Shown: positions 1-7,106 of the stretch, one piece after another | Layout: each line of letters begins with the position of its first letter | How positions within the stretch are numbered: the first letter of the stretch is position 1 | Notes under the pieces: generated by a model | Told to the model about the DNA's origin: nothing | Database searches by the model: none | The model's input: the letters and a program-made list of their open reading frames with translations, nothing else | From: an uncultured archaeon | GTDB lineage: Archaea; Iainarchaeota; Iainarchaeia; Iainarchaeales; DTGL01 | Length of the DNA: 33,147 bases | Direction: 5' to 3' | Assembly: GCA_964525235.1 (NCBI GenBank) | Contig: CAZGDN010000006.1 | Location: 1 to 33,147 of the forward strand | Position numbers and translations under genes: made by a program

Positions 1-48
1 AAGCTCGAGAATTAACCTTTTTAACCACTTTTGTATTACTCTTTTTTC

Positions 49-756
49 ATGACTGAATTGCTGTACCTGAATGACTCTTACCTGAAAGAGTTTGAAGCGC
101 GCGTGGTTAAAGCCGAGGGGAACAGGGCCGAGTTGGACCAGACAGCCTTTTATCCAGAGTCAGGTGGCCAGCCAAGCGACCGCGGCAGGATAATCAGCGG
201 AGGAGAGGAATTCCTGCTGGTGAAAGCACGCAAGCAGGCTGGAAGCGTGGTGCACGAGCTGGACAGAGAAGGCCTGAAAGCCGGCGATGCAGTGAAGGGC
301 GTGATTGACTGGGCATGGCGCTATAAAATGATGCGCATGCACACCGCCGCCCACATTATCACCATGGCAGTGCAGTCAATTATGCCAGAAGCGCTTGTAA
401 CCGGCGGGCAGATTGGCTTTGAGGAGAGCCGCGATGACTATGCCCTGCAAGAACTGAGCCCTGAAATGGTGAAAGAAATAGAAGAAAAAGCAAACAGCAT
501 AGTAAAACAGGGTCTTGAAGTAAAAGCCTACGAGCTGCCGCGAGAGGAAGCCTTCAAGCTCCCGCAATTATTCAAGCTTCGGGATGTCCTGCCGCCAGGC
601 ATTCCAAGGATCAGAATTGTTCAGATTGCAGAAGACAGGAATGCTTGCGGCGGAACACACGTCAAGAACACGAGCGAAGTCGGAAGGATAAAAATCACAA
701 GGACAAAAAGCAAGGGAAGAGACAACAAGAGAATTTACTACTCGCTCGAGCCATGA
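49..756 (+). CDS. alaX: AlaX-type trans-editing protein (AlaRS editing-domain homolog)
   Basis: ORF 31..756. It carries the zinc motifs HxxxH (HTAAH) and CxxxH (CGGTH) typical of the AlaRS/ThrRS second additional domain. The first ATG at 49 (MTELLYLNDSYL) is preferred over the TTG at 31. A TTTTTAAC TATA-like box at 18..25, about 25 nt upstream, suggests a leaderless mRNA. Confidence 0.8.
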   Translation: MTELLYLNDSYLKEFEARVVKAEGNRAELDQTAFYPESGGQPSDRGRIISGGEEFLLVKARKQAGSVVHELDREGLKAGDAVKGVIDWAWRYKMMRMHTAAHIITMAVQSIMPEALVTGGQIGFEESRDDYALQELSPEMVKEIEEKANSIVKQGLEVKAYELPREEAFKLPQLFKLRDVLPPGIPRIRIVQIAEDRNACGGTHVKNTSEVGRIKITRTKSKGRDNKRIYYSLEP

Positions 757-825
757 CAAATTTTACCAATAACAATTTATTGTTTTTCGCTCCAACAATT
801 CTGGAAAAGGCGAAAGGTGGTTTGA

Positions 826-1755
826 TTGAAGGACTTGTTGTCACTCGAAGATTTGAGCAAGGAAGAACTATTGGGTTTTATTGAGCTCGCGGAGGACGTG
901 AAAGCAAACCCAGAAAAATACCGCGAGGCAGTAAAGGATAAAACTCTTCTAATGATTTTTGAAAAGCCCTCGCTCAGAACAAGGGTGAGCTTTGAAACCG
1001 GCATGACCCAGATGGGCGGGCATGGCATTTACTACAACACTGCAACCTCCCCGCTTGGAAAAAAGGAAACAATCGAGGACACCGCCAGGGTTGTCTCGAG
1101 GTATGTTGACATTGTGATGGCCCGGTTGTTTTCCTTCGAGCAAACCAAAAAGCTCGCAGAAAACGCAACCATTCCAGTCATTGACGCATTAAGCGATTAC
1201 TCGCACCCCTGCCAGATTCTGGGAGACCTGCTCACAATAAAAGAACACAAGGGAAAACTGGAAGGCTTAACCCTCGCATACATGGGTGACTCAAAGAACA
1301 ACGTTACATACTCATTGATGTACGGCTGCCCCATTGCTGGCCTGAACATCAGGGTTGGGTGCCCTGAAAAAGAAGAATACAACCCGGACAGGAGAGTAAT
1401 AGAAACAGCGAAAAAGCTCGCAGAAAAATATGAAACAAAGGTTGAAGTATTGCACAACGCTGTTGAAGCAGTAAAGGATGCAGACATTGTGTACACTGAT
1501 TCCTGGATGTCGTACCACATTCCGCAAGAGGAAAAAGAGCGCAGGGTAAAAGACCTGATGCCCTGCCAGGTTAACACAGAACTCATGAAGCACGCAAAAC
1601 CAGACGCGGTTTTCATGAACTGCCTGCCTGCACTCAGGGGAATGGAGCAGACAGCAGAAGTGATAGACGGGCCGCAGAGCATTGTCTTTGACCAGGCAGA
1701 GAACAGGCTGCACATCCAAAAGGCGATAATACTCAGGCTTCTGGGGTTATACTAA
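826..1755 (+). CDS. argF: Ornithine carbamoyltransferase-family transcarbamylase with noncanonical second-substrate motifs
   Basis: It shows full-length similarity to archaeal OTCs. The carbamoyl-phosphate motif SxRTR (SLRTR) and HPxQ (HPCQ) are present. The start is TTG at 826, 5 nt downstream of a GGTGG SD at 816..820. The ornithine-binding motifs deviate: DSWMSYH replaces DxWxSMG, and NCLP replaces HCLP. Confidence 0.75.
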   Translation: MKDLLSLEDLSKEELLGFIELAEDVKANPEKYREAVKDKTLLMIFEKPSLRTRVSFETGMTQMGGHGIYYNTATSPLGKKETIEDTARVVSRYVDIVMARLFSFEQTKKLAENATIPVIDALSDYSHPCQILGDLLTIKEHKGKLEGLTLAYMGDSKNNVTYSLMYGCPIAGLNIRVGCPEKEEYNPDRRVIETAKKLAEKYETKVEVLHNAVEAVKDADIVYTDSWMSYHIPQEEKERRVKDLMPCQVNTELMKHAKPDAVFMNCLPALRGMEQTAEVIDGPQSIVFDQAENRLHIQKAIILRLLGLY

Positions 1756-1831
1756 ATTTTAAGACTGACAGGGAAAGCCCCCTCAAGCCACAGTTCCAGC
1801 GCAGGCACACATTGAGCGCCAGGGCCACCAG

Positions 1832-2752
1832 CTAACCGCCCACGGTTCTTTTTAACAGCACAATCCTTGAATCAGGTCTCTCGCTTGCTATTTTATAGTT
1901 GGAGCCTGCTTCAATTGCCCTTGCAAAGACTCGCACGTCGTCCATTGAAGGCATGTTCTCCTGTTTCAGCCTCTTCCTTGAATAGCCCAAAAACATGTAG
2001 GCCTTTGCTTCAACGTAATCAGGCTTTGCTTTTTCAATCAGTGGAACAAACTCTCTGGGATTAGCCATGTTAAGGCCCTTTATGAGAGTCAAGCGGATTA
2101 CCCTCGTGGTTTTCATGCCGGCCATTATTTCAAGGGACTTGTTAACCTGCTTCCAGCCATTCTCAATAACCGGCAAACAGAGTTTCTTATACATAATCGG
2201 GTTGCTTGCTGTGAGGGAAATGTAAAGGTTTGTTGGAAGCCTGTTCAACTTGAGCAGCATCTCCGGCACAGTGCCGGATGTGACCAAAAAAACTGACTCA
2301 AAACCGCGGTCAAAGAACCTGTCAATTAACTCCGGCAGCCTTGGGTACATGCACGGCTCTCCTGTCAGGGAAATGGCGACCTGCACTGGCTCCAGGGATT
2401 TTTCAAAGACTTCTTTTGGGGTCTTGTCATTGCCACCAAAACCAATCAAGAGCTTTTTTCTCTCCTCAATGCAGCCAGTGATGATGTCATCCGGCTCGTC
2501 CACTGGTGCATTCCAGTGCCTTGAAAAAAGGCTCGTGTCACGCCAGCAGTGCAGGCACCGCTGGTTACAGGTCAGAGCAGGGCTCATCTCAAGGCAGCCA
2601 AGAGTGCTAATGCCGTAAAACGTGTTCTTGTAGCAGGCAGGGCCTCCTCTGAGGCACTCCTTTGTCCACTTGCAGATCTTCACAGCTGAGTGATTGCCTA
2701 CAACGCGGTACTGTGACTTTTTCATTTTTTCAATTTTCCACTCTTCAACCAT
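1832..2752 (-). CDS. taw1: tRNA 4-demethylwyosine synthase (radical SAM, Taw1/TYW1)
   Basis: It has the radical SAM cluster motif CNQRCLHCWR preceded by FYGI..GC, as in archaeal Taw1, and the N-terminal KICKWTK Cys region. The start is ambiguous between ATG 2752 (MVEEW), ATG 2725 (MKKSQY) and ATG 2779. Confidence 0.75.
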   Translation of the reverse strand: MVEEWKIEKMKKSQYRVVGNHSAVKICKWTKECLRGGPACYKNTFYGISTLGCLEMSPALTCNQRCLHCWRDTSLFSRHWNAPVDEPDDIITGCIEERKKLLIGFGGNDKTPKEVFEKSLEPVQVAISLTGEPCMYPRLPELIDRFFDRGFESVFLVTSGTVPEMLLKLNRLPTNLYISLTASNPIMYKKLCLPVIENGWKQVNKSLEIMAGMKTTRVIRLTLIKGLNMANPREFVPLIEKAKPDYVEAKAYMFLGYSRKRLKQENMPSMDDVRVFARAIEAGSNYKIASERPDSRIVLLKRTVGG

Positions 2753-2822
2753 TCTCCCACACAAAAAAAACCACTGCAAAAAGGTTAAATACTCTCAGGG
2801 CATACTTTTAGTGTGAAAAAGC

Positions 2823-3155
2823 ATGAGCGAAAAGCCAGGCCAGCACTTCATTGAGCTCGTGATTGCAACAACCATTGGCTCGATTGTCGGCGCGTACATT
2901 GCACGGGACATAGACTTCAGCTTTAACCTTGTTGCCAGGGCAGTTTTTGCCGTTGCACTGCTCTCGGTTTTCTTCTTCTTTGTTTACAAGACAAGCATTT
3001 CCTGGGGGAACAGGAAACAGGCACGCAGCAGGGAAGAAATCCGGAAAGAGGAACTGCCTGAAGAAGAGTATGAAGATGATTACCCTGCAGAAGAACCCAG
3101 AGAAGAATACAGGACAGAAGAAACAGAAGAAGAGCCACCGGAAGAAAAGCGCTGA
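2823..3155 (+). CDS. Hypothetical small membrane protein with a highly acidic C-terminal tail
   Basis: 110-aa ORF with two predicted hydrophobic helices (IELVIATTIGSIVGAYIA and AVFAVALLSVFFFFVY). These are followed by about 45 aa rich in E/P/R/Y. I recognise no family. Confidence 0.5.
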   Translation: MSEKPGQHFIELVIATTIGSIVGAYIARDIDFSFNLVARAVFAVALLSVFFFFVYKTSISWGNRKQARSREEIRKEELPEEEYEDDYPAEEPREEYRTEETEEEPPEEKR

Positions 3156-3258
3156 GGGCACCACAAGTGAAAAAGCTTGTTATTGGCCAGACGCTGGGCA
3201 CATCCACCCAAAAACATGCAGTTCACTATGATTTAAACCCTCAGCTATCCTCAAGTCC

Positions 3259-3294
3259 CCGGAATAAAAGCAATTCCGGAAAGGGCACTTTTTT
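3259..3294 (+). terminator. Hairpin plus T-run downstream of the small membrane protein gene
   Basis: A perfect 7-bp stem, CCGGAAT (3259..3265) paired with ATTCCGG (3273..3279), has a 7-nt loop. A T6 run follows at 3289..3294. Confidence 0.4.
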
Positions 3295-3326
3295 ATTCTT
3301 TTACAGGGATAGTTATTGGGTTTGGA

Positions 3327-4676
3327 ATGAAAAAATTTGACGTTGCAGTAATCGGCAGTGGCCCAGCCGGGTTGTTTGCTGCATGGAAGCTCTCAGCTTC
3401 AAAGCTCAAAGTAGCAGTAATAGACCAGGGGAGAGAAGCGCTTAAAAGAAACCCCAGGAGCCGGCCGCAGGACACGATTTTTGGGGTTGGCGGCGCAGGA
3501 ACCTATTCTGATGGAAAGCTTAATTTAACTCACAGAATTGGAGGAGACCCCGAAAGCCTCAAGCGAAGCACCAGGGAAGTACAGGCACTGATTGATGCTG
3601 TTGACAAAACTCTTGTAAAGTTCAAGATTCCAAGGAAGTGCTCTGGCGTGAACGGTCCAAGGCTCGAGGAACTGAGAAGAAAAGCAAACAAGGAGGGCAT
3701 AGAGTTTGTTTCAGGCAAGCAAAAGCACATTGGAACAGACAAGGTAAAGCTGGTGATTGACAGGTTTTACTCGTGGCTCAAAAAACACAGCACAAACTTT
3801 TTACTGGAAACAAGAGTTGAAAGAATCAAAAGGAAAGGAAAAGGCTTTTTACTGGAAACCACAAAAGGCGAGATTGAATGCTCTTACCTTATCTGCGCTC
3901 CTGGGAGGGGAAAAGCATACTGGCTCAGAGAAGAACTCAAAGGGCTTGGGGCAAAAACAAAGTATGGCCCGATTGATGTTGGAGTTCGCTTGGAGTTCCC
4001 GGCTGGCATTTATGACAAGGTCAAGGAGGTAATGTATGACGCAAAATTCAGGCTTTACACTGCAACATACGATGACATGGTTAGAACATTCTGCACCAAC
4101 CCGCACGGCTTCATTTCCATTGAAAAGTTCAAGGACTTTGTCTTGGTAAACGGCCATGCTGAAAGGGACAGGAAGAGCACGAACACAAACCTCGCGCTCC
4201 TCGTGCGGATTTCACTCACCAACCCTGTTGAGGATTCAACAGAGTACGCGAGAAGCATTGCAAAACTCGCCTACACCATTGGCGGCGGAAAGCCAATACT
4301 GCAACGTTACAAGGACCTCAAAAAGGGCAGGAGAAGCACTTGGGAGCGCATTCACAAGTCCCCAATCGAGCCAACTCTCTTAGACGTAACGCCTGGTGAC
4401 ATTTCAATGGCCATGCCGATGAGGATAGTGCAGGACATAGTGGAAGCAGTGGAAAAACTTGACAGGGTCATTCCAGGCATTGCCTCTGACACAACGCTTG
4501 TTTACGCGCCGGAAATAAAGTTTTATGACACAAAATACGAAGCAAACAAGTTCCTTGAAACAAGCATTCCAAACCTCTTTGTTGCAGGAGACGCCTCAGG
4601 GTTCTCCAGGGGCATTGTTTACGCTGCAGTCACTGGAATAATAACGGCAGAGGGCATTCTAAAAAAAGCAAACTGA
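3327..4676 (+). CDS. Uncharacterised FAD-dependent dehydrogenase family protein
   Basis: It has an N-terminal dinucleotide-binding motif (VAVIGSGPAGLFAA) and a C-terminal FVAGDASG..GIV..A motif. From memory it resembles the widespread COG2509-like family. A T9 run at 4713..4721 follows the stop. Confidence 0.7.
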   Translation: MKKFDVAVIGSGPAGLFAAWKLSASKLKVAVIDQGREALKRNPRSRPQDTIFGVGGAGTYSDGKLNLTHRIGGDPESLKRSTREVQALIDAVDKTLVKFKIPRKCSGVNGPRLEELRRKANKEGIEFVSGKQKHIGTDKVKLVIDRFYSWLKKHSTNFLLETRVERIKRKGKGFLLETTKGEIECSYLICAPGRGKAYWLREELKGLGAKTKYGPIDVGVRLEFPAGIYDKVKEVMYDAKFRLYTATYDDMVRTFCTNPHGFISIEKFKDFVLVNGHAERDRKSTNTNLALLVRISLTNPVEDSTEYARSIAKLAYTIGGGKPILQRYKDLKKGRRSTWERIHKSPIEPTLLDVTPGDISMAMPMRIVQDIVEAVEKLDRVIPGIASDTTLVYAPEIKFYDTKYEANKFLETSIPNLFVAGDASGFSRGIVYAAVTGIITAEGILKKAN

Positions 4677-4773
4677 ACAAAGCCAACAAGCAACCGGGGC
4701 ATCACATTTAACTTTTTTTTTGAGCTGAATCATGTTATAAGCAGCTGGAAAGCAAAAGGTGGAAGAGAACAAA

Positions 4774-4992
4774 ATGTGCCTTGCAGTACCTGGAAAAATT
4801 CTGTCCATAAACGGCAACAGCGCCGAAGCAGACTTTGGCGGAATAAAAAGAAAAGTGGACATTTCAATGCTGCCAGGGTGCAAGACCGGAGACTATGTTC
4901 TGGTGCACGTTGGCTTTGCAATCCAGAAAATCGACGAGGAAACCGCAAGAGAAACCCACAGGCTGCTCTCCGAGGCCGCGGGTGGAATTTAA
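4774..4992 (+). CDS. hypC: [NiFe]-hydrogenase maturation chaperone HypC
   Basis: The N-terminus MCLAVPGKI has the essential Cys directly after Met, so ATG 4774 is preferred over the track GTG at 4759. The stop abuts the hypD start (TAAATG). Confidence 0.85.
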   Translation: MCLAVPGKILSINGNSAEADFGGIKRKVDISMLPGCKTGDYVLVHVGFAIQKIDEETARETHRLLSEAAGGI

Positions 4993-5994
4993 ATGAATAA
5001 ACTGGTTGAAAAAGTGAAGAGTGCCGCGGAGGGCCTGGGTGAGGTGAAGATAATGGAGGTCTGCGGCGGCCACACTCACACAATAATGCGCTATGGGCTG
5101 CGCAGTGTTCTTCCGGAAAACGTGAAGCTTGTATCTGGGCCGGGGTGCCCGGTGTGCGTAACATCACAGCACGACATCGACTGCATGATTGAACTGGCAT
5201 TGCAGGGAGTAAAAGTTGCAACATATGGCGACATGGTGAGAGTGCCAGGAAGCAAAATGAGCCTTGGGGACGCCAGGGCAAGAGGCGCTGACGTGCAGGT
5301 TGTTTACTCCGTGGACCAGGTAAAAGAAAAAGACAGGGTTTTCTTCGGCATTGGCTTCGAGACAACAACCCCAATGACCGCAAAACTCCTAAAAGACGGC
5401 TTTGTGGTTTACAGCACTCACAAGACAATGCCACAGGCAATGAAAGCACTCGCAAAAGACACAAAAATTGACGGCTTCATTGACCCAGGGCACGTTGCAA
5501 CAATAACCGGCAGCAGGGCATGGGAGGAAATGAAACTGGGCATCCCGCAGGTAATAGCCGGCTTTAGCCCTGAGGCGATAATGAGAGCAGTCTGCCTGTT
5601 GCTTGAAATGATTAAAGAAAAAAAAGCGAGGGTTGTGAATGACTACAGGGAAGTGGTTTTTCCAGAGGGCAACACTGCAGCAAAGAAACTGGTCAGCAAG
5701 ACAATGAGGGAAACAGATGCTGAGTGGCGTGGCCTTGGGGTAATAAAAAGATCAGGGCTTGTGCCAAGAAAAAAAGAGCAGGACGCAAAACTCGTTTTCG
5801 CTGAAAAGCTCGTAGAAGTAAAAAGCACCAGAAAAACCGCCTGCAGGTGCGGAGATGTGGTGCGCGGGCTCATTGAACCAAGCGAGTGCCCACTGTTCGC
5901 AAAAACGTGCACTCCGGACAACCCACAGGGCGCATGCATGGTAAGCCAGACAGAGGGAGCATGCGCTATCGCCTATGTATATGGAAGAAACTGA
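4993..5994 (+). CDS. hypD: [NiFe]-hydrogenase maturation protein HypD
   Basis: It contains the motifs CGGHTH, GPGCPVCV, GFETT and PGHV, plus the C-terminal Cys cluster CRCG..CPLF..C..C. Confidence 0.9.
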   Translation: MNKLVEKVKSAAEGLGEVKIMEVCGGHTHTIMRYGLRSVLPENVKLVSGPGCPVCVTSQHDIDCMIELALQGVKVATYGDMVRVPGSKMSLGDARARGADVQVVYSVDQVKEKDRVFFGIGFETTTPMTAKLLKDGFVVYSTHKTMPQAMKALAKDTKIDGFIDPGHVATITGSRAWEEMKLGIPQVIAGFSPEAIMRAVCLLLEMIKEKKARVVNDYREVVFPEGNTAAKKLVSKTMRETDAEWRGLGVIKRSGLVPRKKEQDAKLVFAEKLVEVKSTRKTACRCGDVVRGLIEPSECPLFAKTCTPDNPQGACMVSQTEGACAIAYVYGRN

Positions 5995-6165
5995 AGAAGT
6001 GAAACAAAAGAATAAAAACACAGAAGAAAAAGCACTGGAAACAAAATGGCTAAGGCGGGAAGAAACTGAAAGGAAGTTGGGATAAAAGAATAAAACATGG
6101 CAAAAAAAGCACCAGAAAAAAAATGGTTAAGGTGGGAACAAAAATGGAGGAAGTGAAACTGAGCG
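5983..6165. repeat. Imperfect tandem repeat (period 75 to 77 bp, about 2.4 copies) across the hypD-hypE junction
   Basis: GGAAGAAACTGAA occurs at 5983..5995 and again at 6058..6070. AAAATGGCTAAGGCGGGAAGAAA at 6043..6065 matches AAAATGGTTAAGGTGGGAACAAA at 6120..6142 with 3 mismatches in 23 nt. The AAAGAATAAAA(A)CA and AAAAAGCAC blocks are also repeated. Confidence 0.8.
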
Positions 6166-7106
6166 AGGGAAGCGGCGGCAGGGAAATGCAGGCACTCGTT
6201 TCAGAGATTCGCTCAAGGCTTTACAAAGGAAAATGGAAGAATACAGGGGATGACGCTGCCTCGCTTGACTTCAATGGACGGCTCTTTTTCACATCTGATT
6301 CCTATGTGGTCACTCCAATCTTTTTTCCAGGCGGAAACATTGGAACGATTGCCTTCTGCGGCACAGTCAACGACCTATCGGTGATGGGGGCAAAGCCCCT
6401 TGGAATCTCGCTGAGCCTTGTAGTAGAGGAAGGCCTGCCGAAAAAGGAGCTCTTTAAGGTCATTGAAACAATCAGCATGCTTTCAAGAAAGCACCGCATT
6501 CCAGTTGTAACCGGGGACACAAAGGTCATGGAAAAAGGCTCGGTTGACAGGCTGGTTATCAACACCAGCGGCATTGGAATAGCCAAAAGGGTGCTGGATG
6601 AAAAACTCGAAGAAGGAGACCAGATTATTGTTTCGGGCGGTCTCGGAGAGCACGCTGCAGCACTCCTCGCTGAAAGGTTTGAAATGGAGTCAGGCATAAA
6701 AACGGACAGCAAGCCGCTCTGGAAGGAAATCAATTCAGTGTTAAGCATTGTGAAACAAGCAAAGGACATCACGCGCGGGGGCTTGGCTGCTGTCCTGAAC
6801 GAGTTAGCTGAAAAAAACGGAAAACAGTTCTTTGTTGAAGAGGGAAAAATTCCCGTAAAAAAAGAAGTGCACGCTTTAACAGACATCCTCGGAATTGATT
6901 TTTACCCACTGGCCTGCGAGGGCAGATTTGTCTGTATTTGCGCGAAGGAGAAAAGCCGGGAAGTGCTGCGGAGATTAAAGAAGTTCAACCCAATGGCCTC
7001 GAATATTGGGAAAGTGAGAAGGGGCAAAGGGGTCATTGTTCAAACGCGCTTTGGGGCGAAACCATTAAACAGCCCGAGCGGAAAGATTGTGCCCAGGATT
7101 TGCTAG
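6144..7106 (+). CDS. hypE: [NiFe]-hydrogenase maturation protein HypE
   Basis: It has a PurM-like fold signature, the N-terminal VKLSEGSGGREMQ matching the HGSGG..M consensus, and the C-terminal PRIC motif. ATG 6144 lies 8 nt after the GGTGGG SD at 6131..6136 and is preferred over ATG 6123. Confidence 0.9.
   Translation: MEEVKLSEGSGGREMQALVSEIRSRLYKGKWKNTGDDAASLDFNGRLFFTSDSYVVTPIFFPGGNIGTIAFCGTVNDLSVMGAKPLGISLSLVVEEGLPKKELFKVIETISMLSRKHRIPVVTGDTKVMEKGSVDRLVINTSGIGIAKRVLDEKLEEGDQIIVSGGLGEHAAALLAERFEMESGIKTDSKPLWKEINSVLSIVKQAKDITRGGLAAVLNELAEKNGKQFFVEEGKIPVKKEVHALTDILGIDFYPLACEGRFVCICAKEKSREVLRRLKKFNPMASNIGKVRRGKGVIVQTRFGAKPLNSPSGKIVPRIC

Noticed and set aside
1197-1715. 172-aa and 135-aa minus-strand ORFs antisense to the OTC-like gene
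   Set aside because: They are antisense shadows of a confidently identified gene, with skewed S/F/C composition.
4730-5464. 244-aa minus-strand ORF antisense to hypC/hypD
   Set aside because: It is R/L/P/S/C-rich, with composition typical of the antisense frame of a real gene. It lies entirely within two confidently identified hyp genes and has no recognisable motif.
6123-6143. Track start codons for hypE (ATG 6123) and hypC (GTG 4759)
   Set aside because: HypC must begin MC.., which fixes ATG 4774. The HypE N-terminal consensus and the SD spacing favour ATG 6144, and the 6123 ATG lies inside the duplicated junction repeat.
6302-6886. 194-aa minus-strand ORF antisense to hypE
   Set aside because: It is S/T/F-rich antisense-frame translation, fully embedded in hypE, with no start context.
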